Made by a program: the position numbers and the translations under genes | Notes under the pieces: generated by a model | Seen by the model: only the letters and a program-made list of their open reading frames with translations | Database searches by the model: none | What the model was told of the DNA's origin: nothing | Part shown: piece by piece, positions 46,806-57,285 of the stretch | Layout: the number at the start of each line of letters is the position of its first letter | How positions within the stretch are numbered: position 1 is the stretch's first letter | Assembly (NCBI GenBank): GCA_012862495.1 | Contig: BLSG01000370.1 | Location: 34,893 to 98,892 of the forward strand | Reading direction: 5' to 3' | DNA from: Thraustochytrium aureum | Taxonomy: Eukaryota | Length of the DNA stretch: 64,000 nucleotides

Positions 46806-49721
46806 TTGCGTCAGGACTCACTGACACTGCCTTCGCCTGCGCGTTACTGCTCTGCTCGCGCGCCAGCCACGAGCTCCTTCCTCCCTTCCTCCTCCTCCTC
46901 CTCCTTTTCCTTCCTTCTTTCCTTCCTTCCTCTCTTCCTGAGGCTCTCTCTGCTGGCTGCTGGCTCCTCTCGTCGCTGTGAGAGGCCGCGCGGAACCCCC
47001 CTCACAGCGCATCGCCCTCACACCGCGCGCTGCACTCACATGCGGCGGCAGGGAGGCGGCAGGGAGGGTGCCGGCGGCCTCTGTGCGGGGTGTGAGGGGC
47101 GTCGCAGCGCCTCACATGGGGCTGTGAGGGGCCTGCGGGATTCGGGAGGCGGTTGTGAGGGGAGGCGGAGGCAGGGGGGAGGCAGGGAGGGAACGTACAT
47201 GCATACTCACTCTGCTGTGGATACGGCTTTGCGCTGTGCGTGGGTGCGCGTCACGATCGCAGTCGGCAACGGCGGTGACGCAAGCATTGCCTGGGACGCG
47301 CGCGGGTGGCGTCATGCAGCATCCAAGCAACGCGGTCGTTCTGTTTTCAATGGTCAAGATGCGCGTGCTTGCATCCAACCCGCGTCTGGTGCGGGTACAC
47401 AGAGGACGGACGAGCAGACCAGCACAGGCACGCAGGCAGGCAGGCGGTTGATTGGTCGAGTGGTCGAGGGCACGATCGATCGCAGCACCAGCCAGCAGCA
47501 CCAGCGGCGCCAGCAGCACCAGCAGCAACAGCAACCAGCGGCAGCGGCGGTGGCGGCGGTGGCGGCGGCGGCGGCGGTGGCGGTGGGGCCGGCCTTGGCA
47601 ACGTCGGCTCACTCAGCGGAAGGCTCGTCGTCGCCAGTGATGAACTGGAAGGGAGATGAGACAGCCTCGACAGACTGCGAGCGGCTCGGCCGCCAACTGA
47701 CAGACACGCACGACTCGGTTCGGAGTCGTCCGTTCCGAAGGAAGGAATCTAGGCCTACTGCCAAACGCCTCTCGTGTGGGCCGCTGGAAATCTTGCGCGC
47801 ATCCGCAAGGCCCACAGCCGCCGAGAGCCCAGCAGCAGCGCCTTGGCAGGCAGGTACTGACCTACGCGGCTGGGCATGGGACCCCGACCTAGGTACGTCG
47901 CGGCGGTGGACTCGGCCCGGCGCCCGTCGTCCGCCTGTCTGTCGGTCTGTCCGCCATCATGGGCCAACAGGCAGGCAGGCAGGCAGGCGCCTCTCTGCCC
48001 CTCACCGCGCAAGCACAAATCGCAAAACGCAACGCTCGTCCGCGGTTCCTTTGTTCCCGCTGCCCGCGGCGACACAGGATTCGGCAGCTCCGGGATCCTG
48101 CGCTGGCTGGCGAGGCTCGCGCGAATCCAATGCCCATCGGCCGGCCGGCGCGGCCCCATGAGATGATGGTGTTTCTGCGCCAACGCGCTGCCTGCTCCAC
48201 TCGCGGAAACCACCCACTGGCACGCGGGAGCCCACCCGCCCACGCACGCACGGCCTTGACGCGCTTGTGCTGGCAAACGACGCGGCCTGGGAGAATCTCG
48301 CGCTCGACAGAGCCGCCTCACGTGGTGCGTTTGTTTTTCAAGGGCCTGGTTTCACCTCCTTTCTTTTGGCTACTTTTCGTTCAGGTTTGTTTTGGACTTT
48401 GGTTTCGTCGATTCGTTTGGGGCCGAGCAAGTACTTGAACGCAATGGACGAAAAAAACGAAATTTTGAGTACAGCAAAAATCAAGGTTGAGGTTGGTTTT
48501 TTTTCTTGTTGGCGCCGTAATCCATTGCTGCAGTTCTTTCGGCGATGACGCGCGACGGCTCAACAGCGTCGCACGCGGCAGCCGTAGCGTGGACGCGCTG
48601 CCGCAAAACGGCCTCGTCACGCAGGCCCGCACTCGCCGCGCCCCCGCCGTCATTCAGGGTACCTAGCTGACGCGGGCGCCGCCAGGTGATGCCCGCACGC
48701 GAGGCTGCAATCCCCACCGCGCGCCGTGGACATAGCCGCCTCGGGTGAAATGCCATGGATCCTCCCGCGAACGCCATGCTCGGAGAGTCGGCGAGAGCAG
48801 GCTGCTGCGGGCCGCGGCCCTTCCTACCGGTACGTAGGTACGCCCTCGCTCGCTTGCCTGCTCGACGCAGGGCGCTGCCAGTCCGCAGCCGCTCCCGCCG
48901 CGACCTCGATGAAACCCACGCCCTCGCCGTCACCGAGCAAGTACAGAAAGTAACAAAGTAGCTGCTGGAGATCAGGCCTCCGGTCCCTCGCGCAGAGCAG
49001 CGTCCGGCCGTTCGCGGCATCGCGCGCGCGCGCGAGCTNNNNNNNNNNNNNNNNNNNNNNNNNNNNNNNNNNNNNNNNNNNNNNNNNNNNNNNNNNNNNN
49101 NNNNNNNNNNNNNNNNNNNNNNNNNNNNNNNNNNNNNNNNNNNNNNNNNNNNNNNNNNNNNNNNNNNNNNNNNNNNNNNNNNNNNNNNNNNNNNNNNNNN
49201 NNNNNNNNNNNNNNNNNNNNNNNNNNNNNNNNNNNNNNNNNNNNNNNNNNNNNNNNNNNNNNNNNNNNNNNNNNNNNNNNNNNNNNNNNNNNNNNNNNNN
49301 NNNNNNNNNNNNNNNNNNNNNNNNNNNNNNNNNNNNNNNNNNNNNNNNNNNNNNNNNNNNNNNNNNNNNNNNNNNNNNNNNNNNNNNNNNNNNNNNNNNN
49401 NNNNNNNNNNNNNNNNNNNNNNNNNNNNNNNNNNNNNNNNNNNNNNNNNNNNNNNNNNNNNNNNNNNNNNNNNNNNNNNNNNNNNNNNNNNNNNNNNNNN
49501 NNNNNNNNNNNNNNNNNNNNNNNNNNNNNNNNNNNNNNNNNNNNNNNNNNNNNNNNNNNNNNNNNNNNNNNNNNNNNNNNNNNNNNNNNNNNNNNNNNNN
49601 NNNNNNNNNNNNNNNNNNNNNNNNNNNNNNNNNNNNNNNNNNNNNNNNNNNNNNNNNNNNNNNNNNNNNNNNNNNNNNNNNNNNNNNNNNNNNNNNNNNN
49701 NNNNNNNNNNNNNNNNNNNNN

Positions 49722-52700
49722 GGACATTCTCAAGTGCGCTGGCAATAGCCTCCGCGAGTTTGTCAGCGAAGATGGCGTCCTCCTGGCTCACAGCGTCAAC
49801 GCTGAACGTGATCCCACCTGGGCGAACGTTATCGTGGTCCAACCAATCGCTCGTGCCATTGCAGTTGAAAAGAACAATGGGGTCCTCCTGGTCAATACTG
49901 CAAACCCAGTCTGACAAGTGACGGTGGAACGATGACGATCCTTCTTCCCCGACCTGCAGAAAATTGGGGTCGAAGCCTTTTGGATGGGGTGCGGCTGTGC
50001 GCAAGCAGCGGATCACCTCCTCTGTTGCCCAAACAATGCTCGTGCCCTTCATATACTCTGCAAAAGTGGTTGCGAAGAAATCCAGATGATCATGAGCTTT
50101 GCAAATCTCTGCAGCGCCCTTCTCGCGAGCTCGGGTCGTGATACTACCACGTGTCGACACTACAAGAACAGGATTCTCCCCAAAGCGCGAAATTGAAACA
50201 CGAGGCGGGGGAAGCGCAGAGCGAATCTCTTCAAGGACCTCGACGTTGAGTGTTGGATGCCCGAGAGTTGAGAGTGTGTCGTTCAACCGGCAAGACGCCA
50301 CGTCTTCGCTAGCATAGGCAGGGTGTGATTCACAGACAGCGCAAATAGCTTGGTCTGCTGCACGAAGTGGGCTTCCTTCAAGCCCAGCACCGAGGATGAG
50401 GCTCTCGACTAAGACCTGGAGGTCCTCGTTCACAGCCTGTTTGATGTGGTCAATTGTCTGGTCTTCCACCGAAAGCGTTGAGAGAAGTACGTCGAGTTGG
50501 TCATGGCGGTACGCAACCGACGTTTCGAGCAGACTGCTATGGTGTTTCTCGACGAAAAGGTCAAGGCCGCCGAAGCCACGAGACGCATCACTGCGGCGGA
50601 TGGCCACACTCCCTTTCACCTCAGGCAAGTAATGGACCGAAGCGTACACAATGCACCCGAGACGAGCTAACTCAGCTGCCTCGACTTGTCGCCCACACCT
50701 CGCAAAGTGCGCCACAGTCTTCTTGATAACCCGCCCGACCCTGTCATGCATTATGCCGTATGCCCCGACACAGATGTAAAACGAACGCACGAGAAGGTAG
50801 TCAAGTTCATGCAAGTTGTCCGGATCGCACATTGCAGCCCGAACTTTGTACACGTTTTCCAACGCCAGCGCAATCGCAGGATCCGACGGCGGCAGGAGAG
50901 CCTCGCGGATACGCAAGCTTTCCTCCGCGTTGAAAGCCGCCTCGTGTTTCGCCCCCATAGCGTCGTGGGTGACAGCCAAACCACCGAAAGACTTCGCCGT
51001 GACGAGGTGTAAGGTGCCGTATAGTTTGACGCGGATATCATGAGATTCTTGGCGCATTCGCAGTGACTCACGAAAAAGCCTGTCTGCTTCATCTAAATCG
51101 CGGTTTTTCTTGGCGGCTCGACCCTGTTGAAGGCGGCCAGCGGCCTCCGAAGCGAGGACCAGAGCAAGGAAGGAGAGTTCACCGACAGTCGGGTCAGGCT
51201 TGGACTCGACAATCTCGCGTGTCATTCGCAGGGCTAAGCCTCCATTTTCAGCCGAACCCGCGCCGCGGTCCTTTGACCTGTACATGATGTTACCCATGAG
51301 GTAAATAGCGCGTGCGAGAGGCAACCCGCTACCGTCACGACTACGACGTTCAAGAACAAGTGTCTGTACCTCCTTCGCCGCGTCGAACCAGGACAGGCCA
51401 AGGAAGAGACTTGCGAGTCGTTCAACAGCCTCTGTGCGCCTTCCATCCTCGTCCGCTCCGATGGACTGGATGTAGCTTGACGTGAGTGTTCGGCGCGCTT
51501 CCGTGAAGCTCGAACTGCAGGCAATGAAGTCCTTACACATCCGAAGCGTCTCGCCATGAGTGCCTTCCGAGAGCTGCATCTGTGCCTCTGCGACCTCCAG
51601 GGTAGCGTGCGATTCGACAAACTCATCAAGACGACGGAGTTTGAGCAATTGGAAGGGGAGCTCGAACACCCTTCGGAAGTTGTATCGCGCTGTTTCCAGA
51701 GACCCTGCCTCCCGAACAAGGGGCTGCGGGTCCACATAGCGATCACAGACCGTTCCTTTGTGCTCTTTGCCGCCGACGAACTTGCCGGCAAAGTAGTCGA
51801 CGAGGTTTTCACGAAACGAGTTGCTCACAGCTGTGCTCGGCAAGTAGCGCCGTGCGCAAAACCCCCGAACGACAGCGCTCGACCAACTAATCAGCGAAGC
51901 TGTGGTGTCGACAAGCATCGGGGACTCCTTGAGAAAAGGCTCCAAAAACACCGAGAACTTGGTCGAGAACCACAACTGGGCACCGACGGACCGGACGGTC
52001 CCAGTATTGGTAGACGGAATCGAGAACCTCGTTGTCGAGGCTCAAGAGGTCAAGCAGTTCCGTTTGTGAGAGGCCATCCCTTGACACCGTGATCAAGCTG
52101 CACACTGCTGCAACGACAGGCCTCCCGTAGTTGCGCTCTGCCTCGTCGAAAACAACGTCTAGTATTGACGAGGAAAAGGTGGAAGCGTCAACGATGCTGC
52201 TTGACGACCACGAGGACGCTATGCTTGCAGCGGCTCGCGACAAAATTCCGGTTGGCGCTGACCCAGAGTAGTTGCGCACATTTGTACCGACGATCTCCTC
52301 CAGGGTCTTCAAATGCTCACAAGAGAGGACGCGACCATGCTGCTCAAGGTGTGTCTTGAGCATAGCGCTCACTTGCGCCATCTCATTCTGCACCGTGTCG
52401 ACGTTAAAAATTGTAACGGCTTGAGCGTCACTGAGACCACTGTCATGAGTGTACGCGAAGCGGCAGCCGGTGCGTGCGTCCGAGGATGGGAAAAACACGT
52501 TGGCAGAGTGCTCGACAGTCTCGAGACCATCAAGAACGATGACCAAGACGCCGTCCTCGTCTGAACGAGCTGCAGCCTGAGTTAGAGCTGCGAGATAGCT
52601 CAGTCTGGCAGCGTCAAAGGACTGCTCGTCGATGTGCGCCGTTGCCGCATCCTCGTCCTCGTGAGGGAGATCAGACCCATGAGCCTTGGAGAGCTGATTC

Positions 52701-53365
52701 GTTATAGATTTGAGGAGCGTTGTTGCGCTCCCAGAATACGCTGCCACGTCGCGGTAAACAAATCGCCAAGTCTTTTGTGACCGCGCGCAAACTGTCACCA
52801 ATTCGGCGAGGAACGTGCTCCTACCGACACCAGGCGAGCCCTCGACACAGACGATTTTCGAGCTTGCATCTGTGAGCTCGCTCAGTGCCGCTTTGCACAG
52901 CTCAGCGTAGCCTTGCGACTTGGCGACGCTGCGAGTCAACTCATTGAAGTGAGTGAGGTGATTGCACGCCTCTCTGAACCCACGATCTGTGACCGTTGGG
53001 GCAACGAGCGACGATGAAAACAACGATGCAGCAATGATGCTCGAAAGCTTGTCCAAGATGTCCTGAACTGCGTCGAGCTTGATATCGCTTCCCGTGCTGA
53101 GTTGGCGATAGTCTGCGTTGACTGTGTCAACGAGACTCTCGCCGATAGCAGCTGCTGTTTTGTTGAACAGCGCCTTGACTTGTGCATGTTGGTTGTCAAA
53201 AAATTTGCGTCCGCCTTTTCGAGGTTGGCGAGTTGCCGGCGAACGCAGAACACGCTGAGACGCTCCGCATGATGCGCGCTAGCTTCGGTTTTTTCGAGGG
53301 CAAGCCTCGAGATGACTTCGTTGGCAGTAACAGATCTTGCCCACTCATTCGCGAACGCAGCAAAG
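49722..53365 (-). CDS. NWD1/NWD2-type NACHT (STAND) NTPase + TPR repeats + C-terminal degenerate FGase-like domain; both ends in gaps; frameshifts near 53200 and 51975
   Basis: SVTANEV, Walker A GSPGVGRST, Walker B LVIVLDGLE, NWD-like SRDGLSQTELLDLLSLDNEVLDSVYQYWDRPVRR and DRYVDPQPL..YNFRRVFELP. TPR-type ESLRIREALLPPSDPAIALALEN. The C-terminus aligns by eye to the 55852-57285 protein. Confidence 0.8.
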
Positions 53366-54140
53366 NNNNNNNNNNNNNNNNNNNNNNNNNNNNNNNNNNN
53401 NNNNNNNNNNNNNNNNNNNNNNNNNNNNNNNNNNNNNNNNNNNNNNNNNNNNNNNNNNNNNNNNNNNNNNNNNNNNNNNNNNNNNNNNNNNNNNNNNNNN
53501 NNNNNNNNNNNNNNNNNNNNNNNNNNNNNNNNNNNNNNNNNNNNNNNNNNNNNNNNNNNNNNNNNNNNNNNNNNNNNNNNNNNNNNNNNNNNNNNNNNNN
53601 NNNNNNNNNNNNNNNNNNNNNNNNNNNNNNNNNNNNNNNNNNNNNNNNNNNNNNNNNNNNNNNNNNNNNNNNNNNNNNNNNNNNNNNNNNNNNNNNNNNN
53701 NNNNNNNNNNNNNNNNNNNNNNNNNNNNNNNNNNNNNNNNNNNNNNNNNNNNNNNNNNNNNNNNNNNNNNNNNNNNNNNNNNNNNNNNNNNNNNNNNNNN
53801 NNNNNNNNNNNNNNNNNNNNNNNNNNNNNNNNNNNNNNNNNNNNNNNNNNNNNNNNNNNNNNNNNNNNNNNNNNNNNNNNNNNNNNNNNNNNNNNNNNNG
53901 TTTGCAAGTGGGCTTACCTTCTCACTACGAATACGGGAGGCGCGACCTCAAAACGGAAAAGTGAAGGAAAAGGCACTGCCGCCAAACCTTCGAGTAGGTC
54001 AGGCAAGCCCCATCATGATGGAGGCGGCTAGCTGGAGAGGACCCAGGCCAGCCCATGAGGGCCCGAAGCCAAATGCGAATCGAAAGTTGAGTAGTGTAGG
54101 GTATCCAGATGTCGGAGAACTCGAACGTGATCATCCAACA

Positions 54141-54327
54141 CCGTCACGGGCCGTGATGGTAGGGCTGGAAGAGTACTCGATCGAGTACCTACTGCAACTC
54201 CAGTTGCTCTCAGTGCCCACTCGGCGACCACTGCCAGTCGACTCATAAACGCGCTTGGTTTTCGCCAAGAAGAGTGTCCACTTGCTACTAGAGCTAGAGA
54301 GTAGGAAGTACCGGTAGGGTACTTCCT
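54141..54327. promoter_or_regulatory. Cluster of inverted repeats between divergently oriented genes
   Basis: Imperfect IR 54141-54159; perfect 16-bp palindrome GTACTCGATCGAGTAC 54173-54188; AGGAAGTACC-N5-GGTACTTCCT 54303-54327. Regulatory role is inferred only. Confidence 0.35.
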
Positions 54328-54638
54328 GAGCGTACTCTGCTCGGCTCACGTGATGATAATGAGACGAGCCTTGCAACCAACCATTTTCCTTGCATCGTGT
54401 GCACCCGATTCACGTCTCGTCTCGGCAAAACGTTCCCGCAAAGAAGATGCTCCGAAAGATTGTGGGCGACTGACGAGCCGATGGTCGTATCATCGTAGCA
54501 GGACTCGAACGAGTGCTGGTGTTGGCGAAACAGGGGACCAGTGCCTGAGTAGGTCCACGTCGGGGCCATTGGCTACAAGGCAGCGCGCGATAGGCTCACG
54601 GCAACATCAAGCGGCCAAGCAACTCTGGTGCTTTCGAG

Positions 54639-55544
54639 ATGGCGGAAATGCCAAAGAAAGTGGGAGAGCCAAGGGGCCGTCTGCTCGTACGCATCCTGCG
54701 GGAAGTTGCCGCGGCCAAAGACCTTGAGTTTGAGACGCTCTCAAGCGGGTGGATCTGTGTGCTTAGCGGAAAGGATGGCCGTCGAGTCGCAGTCTGTGGT
54801 TGTGCTTTCCCGCTCAACAGTCAATCTGCTGCAAACTTCGCTCTGGATAAGGCCTCCGCAAGCGCTATGTTCGCAAGCTTAGGCGTGTCTCACATACCCC
54901 ACGTTGTCGTCTTCGGCCCTGGGGTTTCTTACTCGATGGCAACCTCTACCCGAACGAACGGGACCATGGCCTCCCTCTTCGATCTTTTGGATACTTGGGC
55001 ATCTAGCGGTGGCCTCGTTCTCAAGCCAAAGGCAGGGACAGGAGGCACTGATGTGCTCCGTGCGCAAACTCGACTTGAAGTTGAGAAGTGCTGGCTACAC
55101 CTCTTGAAAGGTGGGGCGCGAGACTTCGTCGTTTCGCCATTCTTCCCGCTCCTAACCGAATGGCGTCTCATGATCCTTGACGACATCCTCTACGTCTGTT
55201 ATGCGAAAGTTCGAGCGGATGCAAGCGTCGAATGGCGCCACAATGTCTCGCTAGGTTCTGCTACGAGAGTCGAGACAGATGAAGCCTTCGTCCAAGGCTC
55301 CCTTTGGCCGCTAGCATCCAAGGCGATGGCGGCCCTCGGCTTGCGTTTTGCATCCGTCGACATTGTTCAACTCGACTTGACAAAGAGCTCAGATTTGCAT
55401 CGTCAGCACGCAGATTCAAATGGATTGATGGTTATGGAGGTCAACAGCGCGGTCTTTGCGGATGGTTTCATTAAACAGCACCCTGAACAACTTGAGCAAG
55501 TGCGGCGAATGTTCGACGCTGCCGTGACGAAGTGCTTTGATTGA
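54639..55544 (+). CDS. RimK-like ATP-grasp amide ligase (bacterial-type), intronless, 301 aa
   Basis: ATP-grasp motifs ALDK, VLKPKAGTGGTDV, VSPF..EWRL, WRHNVSLG, FASVDI, VMEVNS; uninterrupted ORF. Confidence 0.88.
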   Translation: MAEMPKKVGEPRGRLLVRILREVAAAKDLEFETLSSGWICVLSGKDGRRVAVCGCAFPLNSQSAANFALDKASASAMFASLGVSHIPHVVVFGPGVSYSMATSTRTNGTMASLFDLLDTWASSGGLVLKPKAGTGGTDVLRAQTRLEVEKCWLHLLKGGARDFVVSPFFPLLTEWRLMILDDILYVCYAKVRADASVEWRHNVSLGSATRVETDEAFVQGSLWPLASKAMAALGLRFASVDIVQLDLTKSSDLHRQHADSNGLMVMEVNSAVFADGFIKQHPEQLEQVRRMFDAAVTKCFD

Positions 55545-55851
55545 TTGAGAAAGAGTAGAAAAGCTGAGTGATTATAGTCCATGGTGTTACTGGGTTATAA
55601 CTGCGGAAAAGTGTAGTAATTCGGCCGCCCCTTAGCCAGCCAGTGACGTGACATTTCTGCGCGCGACAGAGGCCGCGTGCTGAAAAGCCCCCAGACCAGT
55701 CCCATAGGAACCGGGCCGACTAAGAAAAGTCTGAAGATGGCGAAGTGCCAGACGAACAATGGCTTTGAATGATTGTCTTTTTGGTGTGGCGAGATGAAGC
55801 AGTATAATTGAAGATTGTAGGTGTACCGCGTCAGCTTCGATTTCAGCTGCT

Positions 55852-57285
55852 TCAGGTCTTCAGACCCAGCAGATACAGCTCACGGAAGACTTTGAATGCG
55901 TGAGCAAACCGTAGTCCAAGACCTGTGTCGAGAACTAGTGCGACACGGAAATCCCGACTCATCTCACATTGAACCGCAAAGACTTGCCCGTCCAATAAAT
56001 CGACAACCTGACGCGTCACGGTCCGATAATCGTTGCCTCCCCGTCCAGCATACTTCGGGTTGGTGTCGACAGCCCAAGGCTCGCCGATCGCGTCTTGGAC
56101 TAGCTCCACCAACTTGGACTTCCACAGTTGATAGTCAGCCTCTGAAAAGCCAAGATGGTCGCGCGTTGAACCCTCAAAGAAACGATCCATCGCCCCAAAC
56201 CCGAGTGTTACCGCCCCATGTTTCCCGTCGACTTTCCAGTTCTGCCTTCCGTGACAGTCAACATGGAAGACGATACTTGACTGAATTCCATCAGACTTCC
56301 ATTTCGACAGGACCTGACGAAGCTTGTTGTGAAAACCACAGTCTGCTTCCGTTCCCAAAACAAGATAGTTAGGGTCCAGCGCTTTTGGGTGGGGCATTTT
56401 CGTCCTCATACCTCTCACGATCTCCGAGAACGACCATCCAAGCAAACTCCCTTGCAGTTCCGATGCCACACGCCAAGCGCCAAACTGCGTGTACGTTTCT
56501 GGCCGGTGTAGCTCGTCGCCTTTGCGAACAAGAAAAGTGCCATGCGGGCTCGTTATGAGCACCTTCTCTTTGTCAAGGCGTTCAAGAACAGCTTCTGGTC
56601 CAGGAATCGACACAGACAGGAGGTCGGCCAAGTCGTTGGCCAGCCCAAGCTCTGAGGCCAGCCTTGAGGCCGATCCGCTCTTTACCTGCGCAACGACTCG
56701 CTTAGCGCTCCGGCCGAGTTCACTTGTGTCGAGAGGGCGCCCGGCCTCACCAGGAGCGCTCTGAAGTTGCAGAGCTAGTTGGGACCAATCACCGTTGCAG
56801 TGTTTGGCTACTCGTTCTGCGTCCGCCTCGCCAACGCCAAGACTTTTGGCCCAGTCTTTGATTGCGTCGTCATTCCTTGCAGCAGAAAGAGCTTCCTCCC
56901 ACATTTCTTGAAGCTCCTTGCTCTGCGTTTCCACCTGAACATCGTTCTCCACAGGTCCAGCAATTTCCAGCGCTATTACAACCAGCTCGATCGCCCTCAT
57001 CAAGTCCTCACTTCGCTCCACCCGCGCAAGGTCTCCGATTGCCTTTACAGCGGCAAGTCCAAAGGGTTCCTCCGCGCGTATGCGCGCAATCTCCCGCTCC
57101 AAAGCAAGGACCCTGTACTTCTGGACCCAGCGCAGGGCGCGGTCAGGCAGCGCCCCAATGAGTGTGGCAAGTGTCTGCCCCATCCTTCCAGCTCCGTCAA
57201 GCGCCTGTCGAGCGAGTGCAGCCCCGGGTCGCGCGATGCCTAGCCACAACTGCTTGTCAAATCCAAGCGAAGGGTGCCTGGCCAC
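55852..57285 (-). CDS. N-formylglutamate amidohydrolase-like (FGase / poly-gamma-glutamate hydrolase clan) Zn hydrolase with helical N-terminal extension; start uncertain (first ATG at 57183)
   Basis: LITSPHG, PETYT, LDPN, GFH, HVDCHG, VTLGFG, NPKYAG, TVT, AVQCEMSRDFR, in the order typical of this fold. Confidence 0.75.
   Translation of the reverse strand: MARHPSLGFDKQLWLGIARPGAALARQALDGAGRMGQTLATLIGALPDRALRWVQKYRVLALEREIARIRAEEPFGLAAVKAIGDLARVERSEDLMRAIELVVIALEIAGPVENDVQVETQSKELQEMWEEALSAARNDDAIKDWAKSLGVGEADAERVAKHCNGDWSQLALQLQSAPGEAGRPLDTSELGRSAKRVVAQVKSGSASRLASELGLANDLADLLSVSIPGPEAVLERLDKEKVLITSPHGTFLVRKGDELHRPETYTQFGAWRVASELQGSLLGWSFSEIVRGMRTKMPHPKALDPNYLVLGTEADCGFHNKLRQVLSKWKSDGIQSSIVFHVDCHGRQNWKVDGKHGAVTLGFGAMDRFFEGSTRDHLGFSEADYQLWKSKLVELVQDAIGEPWAVDTNPKYAGRGGNDYRTVTRQVVDLLDGQVFAVQCEMSRDFRVALVLDTGLGLRFAHAFKVFRELYLLGLKT

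Noticed and set aside
47040..47195. G-rich duplicated motif (ggcagggagg) as a G-quadruplex element
   Set aside because: Short and degenerate in a very GC-rich background; nothing supports a function.
48481..49038. C-terminal continuation of the STAND ORF beyond the gap
   Set aside because: Frame across a ~680-N gap is arbitrary; the translation is Arg/Ala-rich and non-protein-like, and the composition reverts to high GC.
53900..54600. N-terminal DUF4062-like exon of the STAND gene
   Set aside because: Only a weak LPALPSRPV resemblance and a possible minus-strand GTAAGC donor near 53915; no convincing motif.
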